Below are positions 16,257 through 25,074 of a stretch of 42,701 bases of DNA, piece after piece. The notes beneath the pieces are model-generated. The model had not been told where the DNA came from, searched no databases, and worked only from the letters and a program-made list of their open reading frames with translations. The first letter of the stretch is position 1. The number at the start of each line of letters is the position of its first letter. The position numbers were made by a program, and so were the translations under genes. Source of the DNA: an uncultured Rhodospirillaceae bacterium (GTDB taxonomy: Bacteria; Pseudomonadota; Alphaproteobacteria; Micavibrionales; UBA2020); NCBI GenBank assembly GCA_964349475.1, contig CAYGGT010000005.1, positions 1 through 42,701 of the forward strand. Direction: 5' to 3'.

Positions 16257-17035
16257 GATTCATAAACCCTTGTTGATCCTTCGATAATTTTCAGGAAAGC
16301 CCGCTCCAGATTATCTTTCTGGGTCTTTTCTTTTAGATCGGCGGGGGTGCCTAAAAACTTTAGCGCACCGTCATGAATAACGCCCACCCGACCGCAAATT
16401 TCATCCATATCCGCCAGAATATGCGAGCTTAAGAATACCGTGATCCCCCGCTTGCGGCAAGCGACAATCTCGTCCTTCACAAGCACACGCGCGCGCGGGT
16501 CGAGGCCGCTCATCGGCTCGTCAAGAATCAGCAAGGGGCATTCCGTCAGCCAGGTGCCCATCAGCCCGGTTTTCTGGCGCATGCCTTTGGAATAGGTATT
16601 GACGCGGCGGCGCAGGGCCGCGCGGGAAAGGGCAATGCGGTCCGCCGCCGCCAGCACGGCATTTTCGTCAAACGGCCGCTGGTACAGTTCCAGCGAAAAG
16701 CGAATGAACTCAAGCCCGCTCAGGAAAAACGGCGGCTCGAATTTTTCCGGCAGGTAGGCGATCTTGGCCTTGCTCGCCGGCGCCGGCGTTTCCTGGCCGA
16801 ACAGGCTGATCTTCCCCTTTGACGCTTCCATCAAGCCCAGAATAATTTTAATCAGCGTCGTCTTGCCAACGCCATTCAACCCGATCAGCCCGAAGGTTTC
16901 CCCGGTTTCGACATCGAAAGTGATGTCTTCAATAACATTGCCGAACCCATAGTTGGCGGTGACGCCGTCGATCCTGATGGCGCTGGGGGCGGGCTGGGTT
17001 ATTTTCGCGGCGGCTGAAACCATCATATCCCTCAC
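16253..17035 (-). CDS. ABC transporter ATP-binding protein embedded in the pilus operon
   Basis: Walker A GLNGVGKTT, signature YSKGMRQK and Walker B LLILDEPMSGLD are present. It has 4-nt overlaps with both neighbours. Confidence 0.9.
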   Translation of the reverse strand: MRDMMVSAAAKITQPAPSAIRIDGVTANYGFGNVIEDITFDVETGETFGLIGLNGVGKTTLIKIILGLMEASKGKISLFGQETPAPASKAKIAYLPEKFEPPFFLSGLEFIRFSLELYQRPFDENAVLAAADRIALSRAALRRRVNTYSKGMRQKTGLMGTWLTECPLLILDEPMSGLDPRARVLVKDEIVACRKRGITVFLSSHILADMDEICGRVGVIHDGALKFLGTPADLKEKTQKDNLERAFLKIIEGSTRVYES

Positions 17036-17640
17036 TTCGACGTCGGCAGTAAAATGCCGGTTTGCACGTCATACGTCTGGTGCGGCCGCATCGTCACGGC
17101 GATGATACTGTTCAGGGCCTGGTCGTACCACTTGAGATGCACGTGGGACGATTTTTCGACTTCGATGCCGCGAATCTCCGGCAGCAGCGCGCCGGGCGTT
17201 ACCTTTCGGCCGTTGATCCAGACAATCCAGTCGTCCGGCGCACGGTAGAAAACCCCGTAAACCCGGATCACGCTGTAAACCGGCGGCGGCAGCGGCGCGC
17301 CGTTGGGACCCACCCCGCCCGTCACCTGGGGCCGCGGCATGTTTTCGCCGGCGGTCAGCATCGCCGCGTCAGGGCCGATCACGCCCTGCAAAGCTTGCCG
17401 GATCGCGGCTTCCTCGCGCTGGGTCAGGAAGAGAGATTTGCTGAATAATGCATTCTTGACCACCTCCGGCACCACCCCCGGCACTACCTCTGGCACCACG
17501 TCCGGCGCAACACCCGCCGCCGGCGGCGTGACGGGTGCCGCCAGAGGTAGTGCCGGGACGGCATCGACCGCGCGGCCCAAAGAAACCCCGCTCAGGATAT
17601 AAAAAAGCGCAACGCCGGCAAGCAGAGAAATATTTTTCAT
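17032..17640 (-). CDS. Secreted Pro-rich protein, PilP/MshK-sized (hypothetical)
   Basis: A signal peptide is followed by a VVPEVVPGVVPEVV linker and a C-terminal beta-rich domain (IRVYGVFYRAPDDWIVWINGRKV). Function is inferred from size, position and architecture only. Confidence 0.5.
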   Translation of the reverse strand: MKNISLLAGVALFYILSGVSLGRAVDAVPALPLAAPVTPPAAGVAPDVVPEVVPGVVPEVVKNALFSKSLFLTQREEAAIRQALQGVIGPDAAMLTAGENMPRPQVTGGVGPNGAPLPPPVYSVIRVYGVFYRAPDDWIVWINGRKVTPGALLPEIRGIEVEKSSHVHLKWYDQALNSIIAVTMRPHQTYDVQTGILLPTSK

Positions 17641-18293
17641 CGCGGCGCCTCCACCGGCGGGGGCACGTCTTCCGGCACAAGCGTCAGCCAGTCAAAAGTG
17701 ATGTCCGCGCTGAAAAAACTGGCGGGCTTCTTGTTCGCCACCATTTCGACCAGGCTTTGCCGTGTGATCTCCCGGCTGCGCTTCACGGAAAAGTTCTGAA
17801 TGCGCGTATGGGCGGGGAAAACCCGCGCCAGCTCCTGAAGAAAAACATACACATCGGTATCGAGCAGCACGGGCACCGCCCTGACTTCGATGCGGCTGTC
17901 GATCAGCCGGTGTTTGATGGCGGCAAGGTCCACATTCGGCACCGCGATGGTTTGCGTGTCGCCAACGGAATAAGGCAAGGTCAGCCAGGATGTCTTTTTT
18001 CGCATGTCTTCCATCGTGCGGCCGATCATGAAACGATCCTGCTTCATCAAAAACCCTTGGCCTTCCAGCGCCTGGTAGGCTTGCAGGTTTTCTTTTAAGA
18101 ATTTTTCATCTTCCCGCAGACCGGCGATTTTCCCCTGCAGGCCGGATATTGCGCTTTTCGTGCCATTCAGCTCCGCCGACACTTCGGCGGACATGGGCAC
18201 GATCCCGCCAAAATAAATAGCGGTGACAATCAAAAGAAAGCCCAGAAGAGCGACAAGGATAACATAGTTTTTAAGGCCGACCAGCTTGATCAT
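17637..18293 (-). CDS. Bitopic membrane protein with a coiled coil, PilO/MshJ-sized (hypothetical)
   Basis: An N-terminal TM helix (YVILVALLGFLLIVTAIYFGGIV) is followed by a heptad-like stretch. It has ATGA overlaps on both sides. Confidence 0.5.
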   Translation of the reverse strand: MIKLVGLKNYVILVALLGFLLIVTAIYFGGIVPMSAEVSAELNGTKSAISGLQGKIAGLREDEKFLKENLQAYQALEGQGFLMKQDRFMIGRTMEDMRKKTSWLTLPYSVGDTQTIAVPNVDLAAIKHRLIDSRIEVRAVPVLLDTDVYVFLQELARVFPAHTRIQNFSVKRSREITRQSLVEMVANKKPASFFSADITFDWLTLVPEDVPPPVEAPR

Positions 18294-19921
18294 AGAGGTG
18301 CACCCTCCATTTCAAATTCTGCGAAATCAGTGTCTTTTTGCCCGGCGGCAAGCTCGGCGCCGCCGGCCACGCCGGCGAATTTTCCGTCGGCCGAAGAAAT
18401 GCCGCCGAACTGGGTTTTAATTCTAACAAGATATCCGGGGAAAGCTTTTCTTAAGTCCTCCACCAGAAGAGCGGAACGCTGCACTTTTTTCTCCAGGGTC
18501 AGCCGCTCGATGAACTTAAACTGGAAAGTGATGCGCACGGAACCGCGATCATTTTCTTTTGCCTTGCCGGCAGAGGCGCTGTTTCCGGGCGCCGCGTTCC
18601 CGGCCGACTCAAGCTTGAGCGCGACCGCCGGCCGGTGCTCGAAAGAAAAAGATTCAAGGCCGACGGCGCCGGCGAAAACCTTGTGCAGGGCTTCAAGCGT
18701 CAGCGCAATGTCGATGGTGTTGTTTTCAAGCAGTTTTTTCGTCGTCATAATGGCCCGGATCACCGCCGGTTTAGCTGGCAGCGCATCAATATCTTTGACG
18801 CGCTGCTGCAGGTCCGCCTCCAGCCCTGATTTTTGAAGGCGCGCGATCTCAGCGTCTTTTTTGACGGTGTCGTAAACCTGATAGCCGGTTAAAGTGAAAT
18901 AGCCGAGCACCAGAAAAGCCAGCGCCAGCGCAATCGTGGCAAGGCGCACGACCAATCTTGGTTTTATAATGCGCTCGACGCTCGGCACCTTGACCGGAAC
19001 CGCCAGGGATTTTTTCTTGCTGGCCCAGGCGGCATGCAGGGCATCGGCGTAGTTCACCTCTTCGAACGTTTCGCCTTTGCCCATGCCGATGGCCGTCAGC
19101 GCTTCCAGCGGGGTGATGCATTGAAAATTGGTCACCGGCAAGTGCTTGTTCTCGAAGTATTGTTTTTCGGCGTCGCCGCAGACCATGACGATATCAATGC
19201 CGTCTTCCGGCTTGTAACCGAAACGGGCGATGTAGGTCAGCGTCGCCTTGAATTCCCGCAGCACTTCTTCCGCCCATTCCGGTCCGCGGATACCGGCTTC
19301 GGACGCGGGCGTCATCCGGGTCAGGGCCAGGTTGCCGTCTTTGACGACGACCTGGCGCAACCCGCCCGTCTCGTGCTGACCGATCAGGACCGCCCAGCGG
19401 GACATATCGCCTTTTTTGCCGAACAAGTTCCCGGCAACGGCGGTGACCAGCCCCTGCGATTCGGCGGGCAACAGGCCAAAGCCGGCCAGCGGAACGGCTG
19501 CCTCCAGAACATTTTCCACAACCCGGTCGGAGCGTTCAATCTCCGGTATCGCCGCGAAAAGATAAGACGGCATCCCTTTCGGTCCCCGCACCCGCGGCGG
19601 CGGAATTTCGATGGACGTGCGAATGGGGTAGCTTGGAAACGCCTGTTCCAGCTTGCGCTCGATAAACCGCTTGCGGTCGAAAATACTCAGCTTTGGAACA
19701 TTCTCTTCCTTGCGATAGGTCTGGTCGGCGCCATCAAACAGCAGCAGCATCGGGCTTTGCTGATGCTGCTTGCCCAGCACGTCCGTCAGATGCTCGTCAA
19801 AGTCGGGGCTGTCCCAGGAAAGGGCGATTTCACGCTCGATGCCGCCGGCAACAGGTCCGAAAAGCACGACGCCGTCGCCGCCGATCAGCAAGATGCGTTT
19901 CCTGGGGCTGAGTAAAGACAC
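18290..19921 (-). CDS. Bitopic 543-aa protein, PilM-PilN fusion / MshI / GspL-like architecture (hypothetical)
   Basis: A cytoplasmic region of about 320 aa precedes a single TM helix (VVRLATIALALAFLVLGYFTL). A coiled-coil and periplasmic domain of about 200 aa follows. The GTG start lies 3 nt after the pilC stop. Confidence 0.55.
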   Translation of the reverse strand: MSLLSPRKRILLIGGDGVVLFGPVAGGIEREIALSWDSPDFDEHLTDVLGKQHQQSPMLLLFDGADQTYRKEENVPKLSIFDRKRFIERKLEQAFPSYPIRTSIEIPPPRVRGPKGMPSYLFAAIPEIERSDRVVENVLEAAVPLAGFGLLPAESQGLVTAVAGNLFGKKGDMSRWAVLIGQHETGGLRQVVVKDGNLALTRMTPASEAGIRGPEWAEEVLREFKATLTYIARFGYKPEDGIDIVMVCGDAEKQYFENKHLPVTNFQCITPLEALTAIGMGKGETFEEVNYADALHAAWASKKKSLAVPVKVPSVERIIKPRLVVRLATIALALAFLVLGYFTLTGYQVYDTVKKDAEIARLQKSGLEADLQQRVKDIDALPAKPAVIRAIMTTKKLLENNTIDIALTLEALHKVFAGAVGLESFSFEHRPAVALKLESAGNAAPGNSASAGKAKENDRGSVRITFQFKFIERLTLEKKVQRSALLVEDLRKAFPGYLVRIKTQFGGISSADGKFAGVAGGAELAAGQKDTDFAEFEMEGAPL

Positions 19922-19924
19922 TGA

Positions 19925-21139
19925 CTATCCCCCCATCTTGCCGAAGCTGTCGTAGATCGGGCCGAAAACGGCGGCCGCGATCCATAGAACCGTGATGCCA
20001 AGCACGGCTGTCAGGATAGGCTCGATCAGGAGGATCATCGCATCCACCGACTCATCCACATCCTTGTCGTAAAATTCGGACACCTGTTGCAAAACGGTTG
20101 TCAAATTGCCTGATTCTTCTCCGATCTTGACCATGCGCATGACGAGCGGCGGAAACTCGCCCGACCCTTTCAGCGCCACCGACAGGGGCACGCCTTCCTG
20201 CACGCTCTGGCGCACGCGCCCGAGCGACTCAATCAGCACCAGATTGCCCGTCGTATTCTTGGCGGCGTCCAGGCATTTCAGGATATCAAGCCCGCTGGTG
20301 AACAAAATCCCGAAAGTCTGACAGAACTGCGACAGGGCGATCTTGCGGATCACCTGGCCGATCAAAGGCATATTCAAAAGAATGTAGTGAACCCGGTATC
20401 TGAATTCCTGCGACACGGCACAGCCGATTTTGACAAAAATAACGACAGCAATGACTCCGAGGATCACGTAGAGAAAATAATTGATCACAAATTCCGAAGT
20501 CGCGATCAACGCCAGCGTGATGAAAGGCAGTTCCTGGCCGATGTCTTTCAGAAATCCCGTCACCTGCGGCACCACATAACCCATCATCACCCAGATCACG
20601 ATCACCACAACCACGCAAAGGATCATCGGGTAACGCCGCGCTTTTCTGATTTTACTCTGTATCGCATCCGTCCATTTGAGATGCCGGATGACCTGCGCGA
20701 AAGACGTATGCAGGTTGCCGGTTTCTTCGCCGCCGGCGATGAGGGACACGAAAATATTCTTGAAGGTTCCCGGATGCTTGGCAAGCGCCGCGGAGAACGA
20801 GTTGCCTTCCACCACGTCGCGATGCACGTCCGCCATAATGTCGCGCAGCTTCGGCGATTCGGCGCTGTCCCGCACGTCGGCGAGCGCATCCAGCAGCGGA
20901 ACGCCCGCTTTCTGAAGTTGTTCCAGGTGAATGAACATCTGTATCAGGTCGCGAACTTTTATTTTTTTGCCCGCGAACCCTGCCACCGCGCCGGCATTTT
21001 CGGAGATCTCCTTGCAGTCGATCAACGTCATCCCGCCTTCTTCCAGGCGTGAGAAAAGATCGGACTCATTGGCCGCTTCCACGATGCCACGTGCCGGACG
21101 GCCTTGCGTATTCAGCGCTCTGTACTTAAATTTCGGCAA
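19925..21139 (-). CDS. pilC: Type IV pilus platform protein PilC/GspF family
   Basis: A 404-aa protein with the duplicated GspF domain (KVRDLIQMFIHLEQLQKAGVPLLDAL and QFCQTFGILFTSGLDILKCLD) and three TM regions. Confidence 0.9.
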   Translation of the reverse strand: MPKFKYRALNTQGRPARGIVEAANESDLFSRLEEGGMTLIDCKEISENAGAVAGFAGKKIKVRDLIQMFIHLEQLQKAGVPLLDALADVRDSAESPKLRDIMADVHRDVVEGNSFSAALAKHPGTFKNIFVSLIAGGEETGNLHTSFAQVIRHLKWTDAIQSKIRKARRYPMILCVVVVIVIWVMMGYVVPQVTGFLKDIGQELPFITLALIATSEFVINYFLYVILGVIAVVIFVKIGCAVSQEFRYRVHYILLNMPLIGQVIRKIALSQFCQTFGILFTSGLDILKCLDAAKNTTGNLVLIESLGRVRQSVQEGVPLSVALKGSGEFPPLVMRMVKIGEESGNLTTVLQQVSEFYDKDVDESVDAMILLIEPILTAVLGITVLWIAAAVFGPIYDSFGKMGG

Positions 21140-21234
21140 CTTGAAAGGCCCCTTCCCCGGGTAAAAAGCTCTCCCCGAGCTCTCTATATAGAGCTATTAT
21201 AAAGAGAAACCAAGTCCAGAACAATGGGGAGCCG

Positions 21235-23040
21235 CTACATCCTGTCGGCGAAGCTGACGGTCTTCATCAGCGCGTCAAGCGTGGTCAGTCCTTCAAAGAC
21301 CTTTAAAGTCCCGTCATCGCGCATGCTTTTAAAACCGTTCTTGCGGGCAACGGCTTTCAGCTCGGACTTATGTCCATTTGCGGCGATGACCGCTTCGATG
21401 TCTTCGTCCATGAATAATATTTCGTGAATGCCCATGCGGCCTTTGTATCCGCTATTTTTGCACTCCGCGCATCCGACCGGACGGTACAGTGTCGGCGGCT
21501 GCGCCGGATCAACCGCCAGCAGCTTGCACTCTTCAGGAGAAGCGTCATAAGGCTTTTTGCAATTTTGACAAAGTTTTCTGACAAGTCGCTGGGCGAAACA
21601 AGCGATGATGGCGCCCGCCATCATCCCCGGCTGCAAGCCCAGATCCACCAGCCGCGGAATGGCGCCAAAACTGTCGTTGGTGTGGAGCGAGGTAAACACC
21701 TGGTGACCGGTCATGGCGGCTTTCAGCGCCTGCTCCGCCGTCACCTCATCCCGGACCTCGCCGACGAAAATGATGTCGGGATCCTGACGCAGCAGCGCCT
21801 TGATGCCCTCCCCAAACGTAAAGCCGGCGCCGTCGCGCACGCTCGACTGGCGGATCAGGCCCAGCGAATATTCCACCGGGTCTTCCAGCGTCTGGATATT
21901 CACATCCAGCGTGTTGATGGCGTTCAGCATCGAGTAAAGCGTCGTCGTCTTGCCGCTGCCGGTCGGCCCGGTGACGATGATGATGCCTTCCGGCCGGGCG
22001 AGGGCCTTTTGGATCAGGCGCATGTTATGTTCGCTGAAGTTGAGCTTTTCCAGCGGCACGATGCTGGCGTTTTTATCCAGCACCCGCAGCACGATATTTT
22101 CGCCGTGCACCGTCGGCAGGGCGGAAACACGGAAGTCGGCGTCCCGGCCGCCCATGTTGAGGCCGAACCGGCCGTCCTGCGGGGTCAGCTTGTCGGCGAT
22201 GTTCATCTCCGACATGATTTTCAGACGCTGCGATATCCCGTTCCAATAATCGCGGTGCAGCGTATGCGCCACCAGCAGGTCGCCGTCCAGGCGATAGCGG
22301 ATGCGCACGAAACTGGCCTCCGGCTCGAAGTGCAAATCCGACGCGCCCATCTTTACCGCCTCAAACACCATGGCGTTGACGAGGCGCACGATCGGATGGC
22401 TATAGGCGTCTTCTTCGGACAGGCTGTCCAGATTTTTCTTCGCGGCGCTTTTGTCGCCGGCAAGCTCCGCCAGGATCGCCTTGATCGAGGTCGATACGCC
22501 GTAAGCCTTGTGAATCGTATCCGCGATGATGGAAGGAGAACAAATCAGCGGCACCATCGTCAGCCCGCGCGGCAAGATCTGCTTAAGACGGTCGAAGACC
22601 ACGACATCATAAGGGTCCGCCATGGCGATGCTGATCTCATTTTTGGCGGGGATGACGGAAACCGGCAGAATCTGGTACTTGAGCGCGTCTTTTTTCGCGA
22701 TCATGGCGAGCGCTTCGGGATCGAGCATGGTTTTTTTCGGGTCGAACTGCTGAAACCCGGTGGTTTCCGCCAGAAAATTGGTTAAAACCTCCGCGCTGAT
22801 GAAACCCAGCTCGACCAGCGTTTCGCCGATCATTTTTCCCGATTTTTGCTTGTCATGCAAAGCGACGTTGAGCTGATCTTCGCTGATCAGCCCCTTGTCC
22901 ACCAGGTGGTCGCCGATGCGTTTGGATTTTTTATCATCCGTCAGCGTCGCATCCCGCATCACCGGCAGCGACGACTCGTGCACGGGATCAGGTGTCTGAA
23001 CAATCAGGTTTTTTTGGGTGACATCATCCGTTTTCATCAC
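21235..23040 (-). CDS. pilB: Type IV pilus assembly ATPase, GspE/PilB family with an MshE-like N-domain
   Basis: Walker A GPTGSGKTT and a tetracysteine motif (CQNCKK...CAECKNSGYKGR) are present. The N-terminus reads RIGDHLVDKGLISEDQLNVAL...MIGETLVELGFIS. Confidence 0.9.
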   Translation of the reverse strand: MMKTDDVTQKNLIVQTPDPVHESSLPVMRDATLTDDKKSKRIGDHLVDKGLISEDQLNVALHDKQKSGKMIGETLVELGFISAEVLTNFLAETTGFQQFDPKKTMLDPEALAMIAKKDALKYQILPVSVIPAKNEISIAMADPYDVVVFDRLKQILPRGLTMVPLICSPSIIADTIHKAYGVSTSIKAILAELAGDKSAAKKNLDSLSEEDAYSHPIVRLVNAMVFEAVKMGASDLHFEPEASFVRIRYRLDGDLLVAHTLHRDYWNGISQRLKIMSEMNIADKLTPQDGRFGLNMGGRDADFRVSALPTVHGENIVLRVLDKNASIVPLEKLNFSEHNMRLIQKALARPEGIIIVTGPTGSGKTTTLYSMLNAINTLDVNIQTLEDPVEYSLGLIRQSSVRDGAGFTFGEGIKALLRQDPDIIFVGEVRDEVTAEQALKAAMTGHQVFTSLHTNDSFGAIPRLVDLGLQPGMMAGAIIACFAQRLVRKLCQNCKKPYDASPEECKLLAVDPAQPPTLYRPVGCAECKNSGYKGRMGIHEILFMDEDIEAVIAANGHKSELKAVARKNGFKSMRDDGTLKVFEGLTTLDALMKTVSFADRM

Positions 23041-23144
23041 CAGCGCCGTACTCCCTTGAAACTTCCCACACCTTAGCGTGCCATAGAAAAGTTAATTTAG
23101 GGCTTACGTGAGAAGTCATAAACATGGGGGAGCGCTGATAAATC

Positions 23145-24587
23145 CTACATCCGCGCAATCGTCTTCGTCGTGCTGAAGCCTTCTTCCATCTCGGCGCGGA
23201 TGATTTTGCCGCCGTAAGACATAACGATGTCCCCGCCGACGACTTCCTCCAGCTTGTACTGCCCGCCTTTGACAAGAATATCGGGGCGGATGGCCTCGAT
23301 CAAAGTCAAAGGCGTGTCTTCTTCGAAGATCAGGACCATATCCACCATGTCGAGCGCTGCCAGAATATCGGCGCGCGCGTCCTGGTTTTGCACCGGCCGC
23401 GCCGGCCCTTTCAGGCGTTTCACCGACGCGTCGCCGTTGATCGCGACGATCAGAAAATCGCAATGGGCTTTTGCCTGACGCAGCGACGATAAATGACCGG
23501 GATGCAGCAGGTCGAAACAGCCGTTGGTAAAGCCGGTCTTCAAACCGCGCGCGCGCAGGCGGTCGGCGGCGTCGGTGGCTTTTTGCAAGGTTGCGCGTTT
23601 TGACGGCTGGCTTTCTTCCAGCGCTTCGAGAATTTCTTCGGGGCGGGCGGTGGCGGTGCCCGGCTTGCCGACGACGATGCCGGCGGCGATATTGGCGAGC
23701 AGCGCCGCGTTTGTGATCGACAGCCCCGCCGCCATCCCGGCGGCAAAAGCGGCGATGACCGTGTCGCCCGCGCCCGATACGTCAAAAATCTCGCGCACGC
23801 GGGCGGGGATATGCACGGGCGTTTCGTCCGCCGAAATAATCGACATGCCCTGCTTGCTGCGCGTCGCCAGCACGACGCCGATGCCGCAGGTCGTCAGCAG
23901 CTTCAGGGACGCCGCGCGGACTTCATCGTCGGTGCCGGCTTTCAGGCCGGTCGCTGTTTCCAGTTCCTTGCGGTTGGGCGTGATGACGGTGGCGCCGCGA
24001 TACCGCGAAAAATCCAGCCCCTTGGGATCGACGATCACCGGCTTGCCGTGGCGGCGCGCGGCGGCAATCGTCGCCGCAATCACCTTGTCGGTCAGCAGGC
24101 CTTTTTTGTAGTCAGACAAAATAACCGCGCCCGCATCGGCGACGAGACTTTCGATGCGCCGGATGATTTTATCTTCGATGGCGGCGGAAATGAAAACCGT
24201 TTGCTCGCGGTCCACGCGCAGCATTTGCTGCGTGCCGCAGATGAAGCGGCTCTTGACCGTGGTGAACCGGTCGGGCGCAACCTCCAGCGCCGCCGTGACG
24301 CCAAGCAGGGCAAGTTGTCTTTGAACATCCGCGCCGGCGGCGTCATTGCCCACCACCGCCACCAGAGTCGTTTTGACGCCGAGCGCCGCCAGATTGGCCG
24401 CGACGTTGCCGGCGCCGCCGAGCATATGTTTTTCCCGTTCCACCAGCAAAACCGGGATCGGCGCTTCGGGAGAGATGCGGTCGATGGAGCCGTAAACAAA
24501 CCGATCCATCATCATATCCCCGACGCACAGGACGCGGGCGGCGCGGAGAGCGGTCAGGCCTTCGATCAGGTCGTTCTTTTCAGGCAT
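23145..24587 (-). CDS. hldE: Bifunctional D-beta-D-heptose 7-phosphate kinase / heptose 1-phosphate adenylyltransferase
   Basis: An N-terminal ribokinase-like domain (GGAGNVAANLAALG, DVSGAGDTV) is joined to a C-terminal cytidylyltransferase domain (GFTNGCFDLLHPGH). Confidence 0.9.
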   Translation of the reverse strand: MPEKNDLIEGLTALRAARVLCVGDMMMDRFVYGSIDRISPEAPIPVLLVEREKHMLGGAGNVAANLAALGVKTTLVAVVGNDAAGADVQRQLALLGVTAALEVAPDRFTTVKSRFICGTQQMLRVDREQTVFISAAIEDKIIRRIESLVADAGAVILSDYKKGLLTDKVIAATIAAARRHGKPVIVDPKGLDFSRYRGATVITPNRKELETATGLKAGTDDEVRAASLKLLTTCGIGVVLATRSKQGMSIISADETPVHIPARVREIFDVSGAGDTVIAAFAAGMAAGLSITNAALLANIAAGIVVGKPGTATARPEEILEALEESQPSKRATLQKATDAADRLRARGLKTGFTNGCFDLLHPGHLSSLRQAKAHCDFLIVAINGDASVKRLKGPARPVQNQDARADILAALDMVDMVLIFEEDTPLTLIEAIRPDILVKGGQYKLEEVVGGDIVMSYGGKIIRAEMEEGFSTTKTIARM

Positions 24588-24602
24588 GTGAATGTGTTTT
24601 CT

Positions 24603-25028
24603 TTAAAGAGTAAACTCTGATTTTGGTTTTGAGCGGATCGGCTTGTCAAGCGTTGGCGGGCGCAGCTCTTCATACACCGCATCTATTTTTGCGGAAAGCT
24701 TGTTGAACAGTTCGAGCATAAACGCCCGATCCGGGGAGAGATATTTTTCATCAAGCTGATCGCTGGCGCAGAGTAAACCGGTGGCGAAGTGTCGTTCTCT
24801 GGGTATAGTCCAAAGCAACCCTTGCTCATCAAGCACCATGCCCCCGCTAACACTTCCAGAAGTATCGCGTATAGAAGCGCCACAATTGTTTCCCCAATTA
24901 TAACCCATGGCAAAAATTTTGCGCTGAATAAAGGCTGCCTCCTCTTCCGTTTGCGGAAAAAAGATCAGAGTTTTGCCCTTGCAAAACTCTTTCGTGATGA
25001 CGGCAGTGTTGTTCTTCATGTGACGCAC
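24603..25028 (-). CDS. Hypothetical 141-aa protein (AT-richer than its neighbours)
   Basis: This is a clean ORF between the Clp-like gene terminator and hldE. I recognise no motif. Confidence 0.5.
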   Translation of the reverse strand: MRHMKNNTAVITKEFCKGKTLIFFPQTEEEAAFIQRKIFAMGYNWGNNCGASIRDTSGSVSGGMVLDEQGLLWTIPRERHFATGLLCASDQLDEKYLSPDRAFMLELFNKLSAKIDAVYEELRPPTLDKPIRSKPKSEFTL

Positions 25029-25074
25029 TCCTAAATGATTTTCATATGTAATAAATCATTTATTAGTTTATGTC

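Noticed and set aside
23066-23083. A TGGCAC motif on the minus strand upstream of pilB might be a sigma54 -24 element.
   Set aside because: The sequence five bases downstream is GGTGT, not the TTGC(A/T) -12 element. Only the -24 half matches.
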